A DNA stretch of 62,687 nt, filler included, from Craspedostauros australis (taxonomy: Eukaryota): the NCBI GenBank assembly GCA_030167865.1. It is 10 parts of 10 records of this genome, joined end to end, with 100 filler letters (N's around TTAATTAATTAA, not from the genome) between each part and the next. Parts side by side here need not be neighbours in the genome. Positions count along the whole stretch, not along the records: positions 36,899 to 51,569 come from JALAGF010003655.1; positions 51,670 to 52,930 come from JALAGF010003657.1; positions 53,031 to 54,310 come from JALAGF010003658.1; positions 54,411 to 56,118 come from JALAGF010003659.1; positions 56,219 to 57,953 come from JALAGF010003664.1; positions 58,054 to 62,687 come from JALAGF010003665.1; 4 more parts are not named here. One strand, given 5' to 3'. The notes beneath the pieces were generated by a model. That model was given only the letters and a program-made list of their open reading frames with translations. It was not told the DNA's origin and ran no database searches. The position numbers and the translations under genes are program-made. Below, piece after piece: positions 47,467-60,164 of the stretch (the stretch's first letter is position 1; the number at the start of each line of letters is the position of its first letter).

Positions 47467-48426
47467 TCAGCTGCCATTTTCGGAACCAAGTTTCTGAGCG
47501 AGTCCTCTGTAATCCTCAAGGGAAGAGTCGGCGGGAACCCCGAGGTAAGCCGCGATCTTGGTCTGGATGGCCAAGGTTGTGTAAGGATCTTGATTCAACA
47601 TCTGCATGGGAGTCGGGGCGGCTGTGTTCGGCCATCCTGTGCCTTCGCACGTGCCTTCACCCGTGAAACCTGGCGCTGCTGCTTTTGCTCCCGTCTCGTC
47701 CTCCATCTCGAGAGCATGCGCTTGCGATGATTTGGCTGCTCCAACTGGCTCTTTACGCGGCGATCGAGTCCGACCATTGCCCTTCATTTCGCCCCAGTGT
47801 GAACTTGACGATGAGTTTGCCAAATCTGCTTTCGGATTCGTCATCCTTGACTTTGGACCTGAGTTGGACAACGTGTACCCCTCCAGAAAGCATCTGAACC
47901 CACGGTGGTTGGAAAGAAGCTGGTTGGTGTAAGATCTCATCGAATTCTTGCATCTCTCGAACTTGTTTTCCATCTGCAGCATGCCTTCCTTGTAGCGCAC
48001 GAAGTCTGCTTCCATCAGCTGCACATGACTTTCGATGAATGATCCCAGCTCCTCGCCTTTGTATTTGCGTGCCAATCCTCGCATCGTGTCAGCAGTCTCT
48101 TCCATCTGGCCCATGTTATTGCGAGCGCGTTTGTATCTGCACTCCAGCATGAGGTAAGCCTCTGTGATGGGCCGCTTCCTCGAATTGGCCGCACAAAGTG
48201 GCTTCTCCTCACGCAGAGCACTCGTAAAGGCTGTTTCTGCTGGCAGCGGCAGTCGCGTGGGTTCCATTTCGCGTTCTGTCGCGGGATGTGCGCCCTGCAT
48301 CGATTGTTCAGTTGGTTTCGCGTTGGTGCTGGCGTTCCTGTCGATATTGATGGCGTTGGTACTTGGCGAAGCCACCGTGTTGCTTGTCACCGATCGACCG
48401 CGGTGTAGAGAAGCCTCTGCGGACAT
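47467..48426 (-). CDS. Hypothetical coiled-coil protein
   Basis: Part of a 387-aa ORF with a helical charged core. The start is uncertain. Confidence 0.5.
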   Translation of the reverse strand: MSAEASLHRGRSVTSNTVASPSTNAINIDRNASTNAKPTEQSMQGAHPATEREMEPTRLPLPAETAFTSALREEKPLCAANSRKRPITEAYLMLECRYKRARNNMGQMEETADTMRGLARKYKGEELGSFIESHVQLMEADFVRYKEGMLQMENKFERCKNSMRSYTNQLLSNHRGFRCFLEGYTLSNSGPKSRMTNPKADLANSSSSSHWGEMKGNGRTRSPRKEPVGAAKSSQAHALEMEDETGAKAAAPGFTGEGTCEGTGWPNTAAPTPMQMLNQDPYTTLAIQTKIAAYLGVPADSSLEDYRGLAQKLGSENGS

Positions 48427-49786
48427 GGTCATTGCCCTTCTTTTGTTCTCGATCCAAGCCGTGCTGGTGGAAGTGTGGTATTGCCTTCGGTTGTTTGTTT
48501 GCACAGAAGCTTCGAAGTGATGGCTTTGATCGATCAAGTGTGATGCGTTTGATATGACGCTCGCGGCGACAACGATGATGGTGTGATGGGCGGAGACTGT
48601 TGTTGGCGTTGTCGGCGTACTAATATGCAATCGTACGAATACTCAATGCGTGTGCATGCACAAGTACTTGTGACTGTCGGTGTGAATGTGATTGTGAATG
48701 TGAATGCGAGTGTAGTTGTGCCTGTGGCTGGCTGCACCGCAAGATCAAGCAACATGAAAGAGTCCGAGCAGCTCGCAGCTGTGCTTCTGCGACATGTCGT
48801 TGCTTCGTTGCTTCGCTTTGTTTGCCTCCATCTGTCCCTTGATGGCAGTGGCATCAACTTGCTCAACTGTTGCTTTGCGATTGATGCCCCTCCCTGCTGT
48901 TACTTTCCCCATGGCGTTGCGTGCAACCTCTTTATCCGCTGCCCCATGCCCATCTGCTGCCCATGCTCGTTTATGAGACAAGACTTGAGATCGTTTCTGC
49001 TTTATGTGTGAGATTATCCACCATAGTTGCTCTCTGTCATGGATGTGACCTGCAGTACTTATCGTCTCAGCACGCACAGTCAGAAAAGACGCGCAGAGCC
49101 TGTTGCCCCAGCTGCCGGAAGCATTTTCGACTTTTTCGACCGTTCCGCCCAAGAACATCCTGTTTCTTCTTCGTTTTCTGCTTCTGCCCACAAGAGTGGA
49201 GTGAGAAGGACCATAGCTGCGAGGTACATGCGCGACGACCTGCGACTATGCTTTGTAGTGAGCAACCACACGTATCTGTGGACATCGTGAAGATGGCCAT
49301 GGTACCAGCCGGCGGCACGGACTCCAACAGGCCCTTGCCTCCCAACGATCTCACAGCCACGGGTAGCCGTGCACAAAACTCATCAATCAATGAGCCGGCC
49401 GCGGAAGGGGAGAGAGCTGGTGAAGGAGATTGATCAACCACCACAGCAGCCAGCTCTAATGATTTGGATGGTATTATACGTCGGAGAGAGTAAATTGAGA
49501 ATGGACAATGTGGAAGAGAACAACGAGGACAAGACGCGAGCCATTCGAGCTAGATTTCGTCGGCGTGCTATGGGCAATTTGTTATTTTCCTATCGTGCCG
49601 TTTTGGACACGGAAAAGGCACCATTTGCCTTGTTTTCGCCAAAAATGGGAGTGTGTCAGAGCGGATGTGTCCAAACCCATCCCAACCAATTATCACCTCT
49701 GTTTGTGGGTGGATACGACCTCCGACATGTGCGATGATCATGGAAGATCCCCCGAATCCACACAGGGACGAGTACTCGCGGATGTT

Positions 49787-50524
49787 TCACACCTCGTCCT
49801 CACTAGCTTCCTCACCAGCTTCCTCCACCATGGATGATTGCAAGGCGCTCGCAACTGACTTCAGACACACAGTGCATCCTGCCGTGCCTCTCTCCAACAA
49901 ACGATGACGCTTCGAGAAAGCAACCACCGCCTTGCCTCCATCAATCACGGCCTTGCCCGATCGTTGGCAGATCTCATGGTCCTTCTCAAGCTGTTTCGCG
50001 CTCTCCCAGCTGCGAGCAGCAGCGTCCTTGGCCTTCGTGGTCACGTCGTACTCCTTGTCAATGGCGACAGCCTTGGCTTGTGTTGCCAATGCGACGTCTC
50101 CCATGGCACGGGCGAGATCTCCGGTCGCTCCATCGTCGGAAGCCGAGGCGTATGCCATTCCGATGGCTGCGATGGCCGCGAGGATGGGACCGCTGATGAT
50201 GCACCCCAGAATGCATCCGGCTGATCCTGAAGCCGCGATCCGTGCAGGTTGGCATGCTTGTGGAGATGGCTGCCGTGGATTTTCATGACGTTCGGCGTGG
50301 TTGTTTTCGATGGCGGCAGCAGTGTCGGCAGCGGTAGCATCGTCCACTTGCGGTTGTGTTGCAGTGCCGACGGCCGTGGCGTCATTCGCAGCTTCATGAT
50401 CGTGCTGATGCGCGTGTTGTTCGTGTTCATACTCCATCAGCAAGAATTCCATTTCGGAGCTGTTATTGCTGCTGCTGTTGCTGCTGCTGTCGCTGTTGCT
50501 GTTGATGGTGTTTGATGAAGTCAT
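49787..50524 (-). CDS. Hypothetical protein with glycine-zipper-like hydrophobic segment
   Basis: 245-aa ORF containing GSAGCILGCIISGPILAAIAAIG and GDLARAMGDVAL. Confidence 0.65.
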   Translation of the reverse strand: MTSSNTINSNSDSSSNSSSNNSSEMEFLLMEYEHEQHAHQHDHEAANDATAVGTATQPQVDDATAADTAAAIENNHAERHENPRQPSPQACQPARIAASGSAGCILGCIISGPILAAIAAIGMAYASASDDGATGDLARAMGDVALATQAKAVAIDKEYDVTTKAKDAAARSWESAKQLEKDHEICQRSGKAVIDGGKAVVAFSKRHRLLERGTAGCTVCLKSVASALQSSMVEEAGEEASEDEV

Positions 50525-52420
50525 GTTCCGAAGTGGTATGCTGATTGTTGTTCGTCTCTTGTGCTCGTTTCGTGATCGGTGATTTGCGGTTGCTGGTGAT
50601 GATGAATTGGAATTGTGAGAGTAAGATACCTACAAGTGCCATCGATGGGGTCATCCTCCATGCTGATGTATCAGTCTCGCATTGATGTGTTCACTTGTTG
50701 CTTACTGTTCCTTCTTCTTCGTTCCTTCGTGTATTGCCCTGTTCTGCGAAAAATAGATCGTGCTCTTCTTTTGTGAACCTGACCACAGAGCCACGAACAA
50801 ATCCACAGAGTTCTCCCACCGAATGCCAAACGCCCCTCCGATTGAACTTCGGACTATTTTGGTGTTCGATTGGTGAATGAAAAAGGGACGTGACAGTATG
50901 CAGAGCAGGGTAGAAAAAGGAGAGTAGATCATGAGTGTTTGCTTTATCTAGTCATAGGCGAGTAGCAAAACAGGCGCATTGTCGATGCAAGGCTTGAGAG
51001 AGTTGAATTCCAAGAGCACCGCAGCCATAATGCTCAGTAGAGTTTACTGCCATACGATTATGAGCAATTTGAATGGATCGTGGAAACCTCTCCAATCGAG
51101 CACCATAGTTAGGATTCGGGCGTAGTCGGCGCGAATCGGTGGAGGATGTCTCTTGAATCTGCCAGCTTCGGGATAGCCGTGTGATGCAGTTCAAGAGAGG
51201 TGTACTGATTGAAGAGTTGTTACTGTAACGATGAGTAGATGAGTGCTTTGTAGCTAATCCTTGTCTGTGTTTATTATGAGTTAGCTTGTAGTGTTAGTAG
51301 GGTGAAGAAACGATGCCACACAACTTGGCGAGACCCTGCACTGATGTACTTGGTTCAGTGCTACAGGGTATACAGTCATTACAGCGCCTTGCTCTCCACA
51401 TACGTAGATACACTGCAGTGTAGATCATGGCATGTGGCAGTGACGACCATGAAGCAGTGGCTGTGGTTGGAGCTGGCTCTCGGATTCCATTGTTTGAGTT
51501 GAAGCAGGTTGGATACACGCGTTAAGACCACGGCAGTGGTGCAGTAGTCATCAGCATGGAGGGAATCAANNNNNNNNNNNNNNNNNNNNNNNNNNNNNNN
51601 NNNNNNNNNNNNNTTAATTAATTAANNNNNNNNNNNNNNNNNNNNNNNNNNNNNNNNNNNNNNNNNNNNCACTACTCAACTGATTATCGTTTCTTCATCC
51701 TACATCTCAAACTGATCAACTCACAATGCAGACTATCCAAATAACCAATAGCACAACTCAAGATCAGCACAACAACACTAATCTACTCATTGTCATCTAC
51801 TACTACTCCCCAGATGGTCACCCCCAGTTGACTTCATCATCAGATTCCTTGAATCTGGCAGTCAGCTAGGCTTTCCCTTCCGGATCGTGTCACAACAGTA
51901 CACGATAGTCCAACTTGTCATGCTAATTTTCGAGCACCAAAGTGGGACGTTTGGAGATAGTCTGTCCCTACTGAATTCCAACGATTACATTGTGTTCGCA
52001 TTTACGGCCTTGTCGAAGATCCAATATTGACTACTTCGACCAGATTCGGGTTCGGATATCAACAAGCGCGATCTTGTCGCTGACCCACATCGCAAAGGCA
52101 GCACTTCAAATGGCTTCACATCACATGACATCGAAGACATGGTGTTGCATAGTTGTAGTATAGTATAATGGTGCAGATTCAATGCCTCGACTTGACTAGT
52201 CTATTCCATTATTGTATTCCAAGAACTTCACATTGCGGAATGTGAGCGCATTCAGCTGCGCCTGCACTTTTGTCCAAGGTGCGGCCATGACACGACATCT
52301 TGCCATCACTCCTTGCAACCAGCCGGTGTTCTCTTCACCGACTCCAAACTTGATCATTGCCAAACTGGCGAGCGGTGGCATCTCCAGTTGACCCACGATG
52401 GCGCGCTCCTCAGCTGGCGA

Positions 52421-52930
52421 TTAAGTACTACTTGGCACATCGTCTTCCTCCTCTTCTCCTCCAGGATTCTCAGGATCGGCTGTCGCTGCAGCATCGGCAG
52501 CTTGGCCTGCAGCGTCTTCCTCGATCTGCGACAGGCGCATGGAGAAGCGACGGGACAAGCGCTCCGCCATCAACGTGCGATTGTCGCGAGCATCGTCGTA
52601 TTCCTCATGGCACTGCGCAGTCGAAGAAGCAACCAAAGATCGTAGCGGAAAGGGATGGATGGTTTCGGAACAAAGACATCAGGTCAGATGCGAGTACGAT
52701 AGCGTGACGAATGAAGGAATGAATGAATGAATGGATGGTTGGCAACATAGATACACCATGCACGCGCACCATCATGGCAGCTGCGCATACTATCCACGCA
52801 AACCACCCACACATACCAAGTGAAACACACGACGCCACCCCACAGAACAGGAAGCACACTCACCTGACCCATGAAAGCACAGAACTCAAGGAAGTCAACA
52901 TATCCGCTGCCATCGGCATCCATCACCGCC
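52421..52930 (-). CDS. C-terminal fragment of an EF-hand protein (exons >52930-52864 and 52612-52421)
   Basis: DADGSGYVDFLEF canonical EF-hand loop. A GT-AG intron at 52863-52613 gives FMGQ|CHEEYDD. Confidence 0.75.
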
Positions 52931-53781
52931 NNNNNNNNNNNNNNNNNNNNNNNNNNNNNNNNNNNNNNNNNNNNTTAATTAATTAANNNNNNNNNNNNNN
53001 NNNNNNNNNNNNNNNNNNNNNNNNNNNNNNCACTACTCAACTGATTATCGTTTCTTCATCCTACATCTCAAACTGATCAACTCACAATGCAGACTATCCA
53101 AATAACCAATAGCACAACTCAAGATCAGCACAACAACACTAATCTACTCATTGTCATCTACTACTACTCCCCAGATGGTCACCCCCAGTTGACTTCATCA
53201 TCAGATTCCTTGAATCTGGCAGTCAGCTAGGCTTTCCCTTCCGGATCGTGTCACAACAGTACACGATAGTCCAACTTGTCATGCTAATTTTCGAGCACCA
53301 AAGTGGGACGTTTGGAGATAGTCTGTCCCTACTGAATTCCAACGATTACATTGTGTTCGCATTTACGGCCTTGTCGAAGATCCAATATTGACTACTTCGA
53401 CCAGATTCGGGTTCGGATATCAACAAGCGCGATCTTGTCGCTGACCCACATCGCAAAGGCAGCACTTCAAATGGCTTCACATCACATGACATCGAAGACA
53501 TGGTGTTGCATAGTTGTAGTATAGTATAATGGTGCAGATTTAATGCCTCGACTTGACTAGTCTATTCCATTATTGTATTCCAAGAACTTCACATTGCGGA
53601 ATGTGAGCGCATTCAGCTGCGCATGCACTTGTGTCCAACTTGCAGCCATCATATGTCATCTCGCTATCACTCCTTGCAACCAGCCGGTGGCCTCTCCACC
53701 AACTCCAAATTTGATCTTTGCCAGAGTGGCGAGCGGCAGCACCTCCAGTTGATCCATGATGGCACGCTCCTTGGCTGACGA

Positions 53782-54310
53782 TTAAGTACTACTTGGCACA
53801 TCGTCTTCCTCCTCTTCTCCTCCAGGATTCTCAGGATCGGCTGTCGCTGCAGCATCGGCAGCTTGGCCTGCNGCGTCTTCCTCGATCTGCGACAGGCGCA
53901 TGGAGAAGCGACGGGACAAGCGCTCCGCCATCAACGTGCGATTGTCGCGAGCATTGTCATATTCCTCATGGCACTGCGCAGTCGAAGAAGCAACCAAAGA
54001 TCGTGGCGGAAAGGGATGGATGGTTTCGGAACAAAGACATCAGGTCAGATGCGAGTACGATAGCGTGACGAATGAATGAAGGAATGAAGGAATGAATGAA
54101 TGGATGGTTGGCAACATAGATACACCATGCACGCGCACCATCATGGCAGCTGCGCATACTATCCACGCAAACCACCCACGCATACCACATGAAACACACT
54201 GAGCCGCCCACAGAACAGGAAACACGCTCACCTGACCCATGAAAGCACAGAACTCAAGGAAGTCAACATATCCGCTGCCATCGGCATCCATCACTGCCCA
54301 CAACGCTTCG
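53782..54310 (-). CDS. Second copy (allele or paralog) of the EF-hand C-terminal fragment
   Basis: Contig 53031-54310 duplicates 51670-52930. Confidence 0.75.
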
Positions 54311-54410
54311 NNNNNNNNNNNNNNNNNNNNNNNNNNNNNNNNNNNNNNNNNNNNTTAATTAATTAANNNNNNNNNNNNNNNNNNNNNNNNNNNNNNNNNN
54401 NNNNNNNNNN

Positions 54411-56118
54411 ACATCGATCTTCCGTCTTGTGAATGACAGCACGCGGTTCACCCGCCAGAGCTTTGCGAAGAGCGCCCCGTATATGATGATGAATCCACTG
54501 GAAACGAGCCAGGGCATGGCGACGCAGAGGTTGGATAGAGTGTCCTGACCCACTCCGCGATTTTCGTCGAAGCCCATCGTGATCGCCCCCGTCGCAACCA
54601 AAGAAGCTCCGAAGAAGAGCATGTACAGGAAGAGCGGTTGCGACGCCCGGACCACCTTGTGGCTGCGATACACAAATACCCAGATGGCTGATCCCACGGC
54701 TGTTGCATACACCATGCCAGCTAACGCGAAGCCAGCGATGCGAGGTCCTGGTGTGCCAAAAGCAAAGCATGGGAGAAGCAATTCGTGATGCCACATTGTG
54801 GTTTGATTTGATTTGGAGGGTCAGTCGTACGTGCGAGCATTGTATTGTGAATGTCGGAATGGATCAATGTCATGAAATGCAAAATCACAGATGATGTGAC
54901 AGCGCATTGTGCGAGAACGAACACGAGCGCGGGCGCGATGTCCATACATGCGGATATATATGCGAGATCATCAACGGACGTGAACGATGGCTGAGATACG
55001 GCACAAAGAAAATGACGCCAAGTTGCTTTGTGAAATCAAATGCAGAAGAGATAGATTGCTCCCAATCCTCGCACGAGTAGACAGGCATCAGAAATGGCAC
55101 CGCCTTGAGTCTGTAACACAACGAAGCAAAGTGCTGGACGTACCGTCACTCAAGTAGTTCTGCTCTGGCACGGTCCTCAGCAGTTTGGGCTGATTGGACG
55201 TGCCATCGGCGTACGTGTATGGCTGGAACTCAATCCATGTCCATGCTCCTCTCTCCCTTGCTGGGAAGTACATGTGAGTCGTGGCATATTCGACAGGGAT
55301 CGATGAGTCAGTGTCTCTCTCAATCGATACCGATTGCAAGATCTCGCTCGGTAAAAGGTTGATAACGAGCCACGGAAAGTTCTCATGATCGCGAACATGG
55401 CCGTTGCTTGTCTGGCTGACCCTCACGTCAGTGTCTTGGTTGGAGTTGGTGGCATTTGATGCCTGAGCGAGGCTAGTTGACTTCTGGTAGGAAACGTATC
55501 CGGAGGCACCATAGAACCGCGCGTCGCGGACTTTCTGGGCGTGGAGCAGGCTGGGCACATTGACTTGGACACTGAGATCATCGTTGCCTGCTGGGTTCGC
55601 CGGTATTGGTGTCAGCGGTGTGAAGAATTCGGGTGACAGGCCCGCTCTGTATTCTTCCTCCGTCGGCCAGGGCTCGGTTGGATCCCCAGTGTGGTTGTTC
55701 AAGAAGAAGTCTGAGATATAGTTGGTGTACTCTTCAACTCGCTGTTCAAACTGAGGCATCAAATTGGCCTCCTCGTAGTATGCCAAGCATCCTCCCATGC
55801 CAAGTGATATGGTGGCATCAAAGAGCAATGAGCCACCGAGTTCTGGTTCGTTGGTGGCAAAGTAATTTTCGTCACCCATGAAGTACCCAGGTTCGTTGGG
55901 GTCCTGGATCGGATTATTGCGATTGGCCTCGTTGATGATATCGAGCGCTGCAGTTTTGCCGCTGCCATACCCACGCCATCTCTGCTCAAAGGTGGTGTCT
56001 TCGGAAATGGCTGGGAAGAACCAGGTGCTACCCCCCAGCAGTTGGTTGACGTTGTCGGTGGTATCGAAGAGGTTGTCAGGCTCGAGATCGCCCCAGAAGA
56101 TCCAGAAGTACTCCGTCT
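54411..56118 (-). CDS. Class C (GABA-B-like) GPCR, internal fragment; intron 55143-54748
   Basis: The open extracellular exon (F.GASG.V, ..ADGT...P..L...QNYL) splices to TM1-3 with VVRASQPLFL and GF.IIYGALFAKLWRVNRV. Confidence 0.85.
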
Positions 56119-56218
56119 NNNNNNNNNNNNNNNNNNNNNNNNNNNNNNNNNNNNNNNNNNNNTTAATTAATTAANNNNNNNNNNNNNNNNNNNNNNNNNN
56201 NNNNNNNNNNNNNNNNNN

Positions 56219-56907
56219 CAGAGGCTCCCTTGCTCAATCGCACATTCCCACCTCCAACGCAAAATCCTGACGAAGACAAAGAAGAGCGACCGTTTCGCAA
56301 AGATCCGACAAATCGAACCTACGTCACCTCATATGTCGGCAGCCCAGTCAATGCACCGCGGGAGATGAGGCGTCAGATGATCGGACGATTGCAACGCCTT
56401 GATAGAAATCCTGAGGCACGAGCAATCAACAACAGCACGCTCAAGATATTCACATCCTTCTACGGATCTGCGTGGAGAGACATCATGGCAGACTCCTGCT
56501 TCTCCTTCTGTCCGCGCGGTTATGGACGAACATCGTACCATGTCATGGAGACCCTGCAGATGGGCTTGATTCCGATCCAGGTTTACCTGGACATACCATG
56601 GATCCCATACATCGACTTGATGGAGCGAGAGGAGATGATCATCACCATCAAGCATGGCTTCGTGGACAAGTTTATGCGAGAGACACTTCTGACCTCGCTT
56701 TCATCACCATCAGTAGCAGCACAGAACAAGAGCTGGACTTTCGAGAAGATTCGCGAAGCAGAGCAGCGCATCCTGTCGTACCGACAAAGCCATTTCACAC
56801 CTGAAGGTGCCATGAACCAGATCCAAGCCTTCATGTTGGACCCGTCGACATCGGACTTGCGTTGTCAGAAGTTGCCGAAGACGCCTCGAGGTGACTTTCT
56901 GTTGTGA
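56219..56907 (+). CDS. 3' part of the exostosin-like gene (duplicate of 58203-~58890)
   Basis: Identical translation to the C-terminus of the 653-aa ORF. Confidence 0.8.
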
Positions 56908-57869
56908 AGTGTCGGTGTATCCAAGAGTGAGCATCCTCGTTGATGGATGTGAATGGAATGCGATGGATAGAAAGTGTCCTCCTTCCACCTTGTCGGTGCT
57001 AGACGAAGCCACTCGCAGCCAAACACAGGATTGGGCAGGGTGACGATCCGCAACCGGACATCTCTCCGGATCTAGAGAGATCCTAGTTAGGTGCGAGGTC
57101 GAAGTCCTCGCCTCACAAGTCGCAGACCTACCATTTTCTGTAGCGAAGAAAAGATGTGATCTTCCTTCGCATTTACGTCGAGACAAGTGCATGTATGCAC
57201 TGCGAATTGGATTGGGGATGCACTTCAAGGAACATCCACCTGCGATATTGCTCGTCCAAAGAACGCTGGTGAGCGACGACGCCATTGCGTCCGGATGTCC
57301 ATGCGAAGAGGAAGTGATTGTGAACAATCCATGGCAGACGGGACATGATCGGGGGGACAGGCCTGGATGAGTTGGATTGTATTCTACAAAGCAATACCAT
57401 AGTATGCGAGGGGAGTGCCAGATATGGATACTCGTATGGTATGCACCAGACAGGTAGGTGAGGAATTGCACGTGCATCACACCATACGAGTACAACTATG
57501 GCACGTGGCGAGTATAATACAATAAAATATAATACAATATTACAATAGATAATAATAGATCCCAGTAAGAGAATAAAGAGTACTCTGGAGAACAGAACGC
57601 AAGGGATGAAGAAGTATTCTACTGTATGCCACTTTGCCGTGCCGCATAGTGCCATAGAAGAATACTCGAGACAGTGAGGCACTGTGGTGTTGTCAGCTGG
57701 GTTGGTGGGTATGGTCTGGTCCCACAGTTCGTACTCGTAGGTCGTAGGTAGTACGAGTATGATGTAATAGGTCGTATTATAATAATAGTTCGTGCGAGTA
57801 TCCGTGGTGATGCTGAATTGGAATGTGTGGGGTGCGCGGTTGCGTGGTTGGCAACAGGGGTTGGGGTGC

Positions 57870-57953
57870 AAAAAAAGGTTTGCTTCTCTTCGATTATGCG
57901 TGTCATTCTTGCTCAGAGACCATGCTAATCTTCTCTGTATAATATAAGCTATT
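57870..57953 (-). ncRNA. U6: U6 snRNA, 3' part (5' cut by the contig end)
   Basis: The minus strand reads ACAGAGAAGATTAGCATGGTCTCTGAGCAAGAATGACACGCA...TTTTTTT, giving the ACAGAGA box, AGC triad, ISL and Pol III terminator. Confidence 0.92.
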
Positions 57954-58202
57954 NNNNNNNNNNNNNNNNNNNNNNNNNNNNNNNNNNNNNNNNNNNNTTA
58001 ATTAATTAANNNNNNNNNNNNNNNNNNNNNNNNNNNNNNNNNNNNNNNNNNNNCGGTTGCGGATCGTCACCCTGCCCAATCCTGTGTTTGGCTGCGAGTG
58101 GCTTCGTCTAGCACCGACAAGGTGGAAGGAGGACACTTTCTATCCATCGCATTCCATTCACATCCATCAACGAGGATGCTCACTCTTGGATACACCGACA
58201 CT

Positions 58203-60164
58203 TCACAACAGAAAGTCACCTCGAGGCGTCTTCGGCAACTTCTGACAACGCAAGTCCGATGTCGACGGGTCCAACATGAAGGCTTGGATCTGGTTCATGG
58301 CACCTTCAGGTGTGAAATGGCTTTGTCGGTACGACAGGATGCGCTGCTCTGCTTCGCGAATCTTCTCGAAAGTCCAGCTCTTGTTCTGTGCTGCTACTGA
58401 TGGTGATGAAAGCGAGGTCAGAAGTGTCTCTCGCATAAACTTGTCCACGAAGCCATGCTTGATGGTGATGATCATCTCCTCTCGCTCCATCAAGTCGATG
58501 TATGGGATCCATGGTATGTCCAGGTAAACCTGGATCGGAATCAAGCCCATCTGCAGGGTCTCCATGACATGGTACGATGTTCGTCCATAACCGCGCGGAC
58601 AGAAGGAGAAGCAGGAGTCTGCCATGATGTCTCTCCACGCAGATCCGTAGAAGGATGTGAATATCTTGAGCGTGCTGTTGTTGATTGCTCGTGCCTCAGG
58701 ATTTCTATCAAGGCGTTGCAATCGTCCGATCATCTGACGCCTCATCTCCCGCGGTGCATTGACTGGGCTGCCGACATATGAGGTGACGTAGGTTCGATTT
58801 GTCGGATCTTTGCGAAACGGTCGCTCTTCTTTGTCTTCGTCAGGATTTTGCGTTGGAGGTGGGAATGTGCGATTGAGCAAGGGAGCCTCTGTCTGCTTGA
58901 ACAACGGTATCGGTACATGCCCGTACCCACCTGCTGATAAAACGAGCACGTTGGGGATGTCGCTCATGGAAAGGTTGGGGTAGGTTGCCAAAAGACCATC
59001 GTCGTTCTGTGACACCACGATGTAAGGAACGTCTGGTCGCAGTATGGATCGTAGTTTTGGCCACAGACCTGGAGGCTGCTTCTTTGGACCTCGCATCCAA
59101 TGATCAGTCCATGGAATGAAAATGGGAATGTACGGACCGAAGAGTTCGAAGAGGCAAAACTGTTTCAATCCAGGTTCTTCTCGTCTTGGTGATGAAAGCA
59201 ACATGCTCTGAATCCTCTCGTCGTATAAGGTCTCAAAATGCGAGATGAAATGGTTCTCGATCCAAGGGCCCTTGTGGCGTGCCGCTCTATGATACTTGTG
59301 TTTTTGGTGTTGTGCCCATTCCAAAAGCGTCACTCGAATCTGGTTGAAATGTGCATGGGCGTCGGCGATGGGATAGACCAAAGAGTCATGCGTCATGGTA
59401 GATGAAGTCTTGCTCAGACAGTCAAATGCGGGAAGGATGATTTTTGACAGAGTTGCCGCGGTGTTGGGATCTGCTGCACATTGCGTGTCCAGTTGCGAAG
59501 ACAAATCTGTTGCCACATGTGTCATGTGCTGGTAAATCGCCACCGCCTTTGCGAGTGTGATCTTCTTCCTTGGTTGCTTCCTTGGTTGCTTGTCCCGCAG
59601 CCTCGATGTGAATGGTCGATGTGAGTTTCTGGACGTGTCATTATTCCAATTTTGCTGTTGCTGTTGTGGCTGTGGTCGCACCTGTCGCTGAGATCCCACA
59701 GAGATTGACGGTGGAACTATCTCTGGTTGAGATGACGAACGTGCTGGGGCAGAGGATTGCGCAGTTGTGTTCAAGGCCTCGCTGGGTATCGAAGTCAGAT
59801 CAATGATGCTTTCATCGACCATGTACTGTGACATGTCCAATGTACTAACATTGGTCACCACTGCGACCGCAACCAAAACCATTATCACGCGTAGTCTGTG
59901 GGCTGTTGTACGAAGCTGTCGTAGCCAAGACGACTTGGGTGCAACGTCATGGGCGAATAGGATGCCTCCTCTTGCTGTTGTCGGCTTTGCTGCTACTGCT
60001 GCACCCAAATTGGTCTCGGTTGCTTCGGGAGATCCATCATTCATTCCATAGCGCTTGTGATGGTGAATGCCATTGCCCATGGTCATCATGGTGATGGCGA
60101 CTGTTGTCACGAGTACTGTTGATAGTTCCCACCGATTGACTCGAAGTCGCTTTGGCCACACCAC
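58203..60164 (-). CDS. Exostosin (GT47)-like glycosyltransferase
   Basis: TM anchor, GPWIENHFI, VSQNDDG, SAGGYGHVPIPL, and FCPRGYGRTSYHVMETLQMGLIPIQVY. The listed start is GTG; the true ATG is probably slightly downstream. Confidence 0.8.
   Translation of the reverse strand: MVWPKRLRVNRWELSTVLVTTVAITMMTMGNGIHHHKRYGMNDGSPEATETNLGAAVAAKPTTARGGILFAHDVAPKSSWLRQLRTTAHRLRVIMVLVAVAVVTNVSTLDMSQYMVDESIIDLTSIPSEALNTTAQSSAPARSSSQPEIVPPSISVGSQRQVRPQPQQQQQNWNNDTSRNSHRPFTSRLRDKQPRKQPRKKITLAKAVAIYQHMTHVATDLSSQLDTQCAADPNTAATLSKIILPAFDCLSKTSSTMTHDSLVYPIADAHAHFNQIRVTLLEWAQHQKHKYHRAARHKGPWIENHFISHFETLYDERIQSMLLSSPRREEPGLKQFCLFELFGPYIPIFIPWTDHWMRGPKKQPPGLWPKLRSILRPDVPYIVVSQNDDGLLATYPNLSMSDIPNVLVLSAGGYGHVPIPLFKQTEAPLLNRTFPPPTQNPDEDKEERPFRKDPTNRTYVTSYVGSPVNAPREMRRQMIGRLQRLDRNPEARAINNSTLKIFTSFYGSAWRDIMADSCFSFCPRGYGRTSYHVMETLQMGLIPIQVYLDIPWIPYIDLMEREEMIITIKHGFVDKFMRETLLTSLSSPSVAAQNKSWTFEKIREAEQRILSYRQSHFTPEGAMNQIQAFMLDPSTSDLRCQKLPKTPRGDFLL

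Noticed and set aside
51194..51870. Hammerhead ribozyme suggested by CTGATGA and GAAAC motifs
   Set aside because: The core motifs are too far apart, lack supporting stems, and CTGATGA is not conserved among the related segments.
52421..56118. EF-hand fragment as the C-terminus of the class C GPCR
   Set aside because: They lie on separate contigs with no overlap, so linkage cannot be shown.
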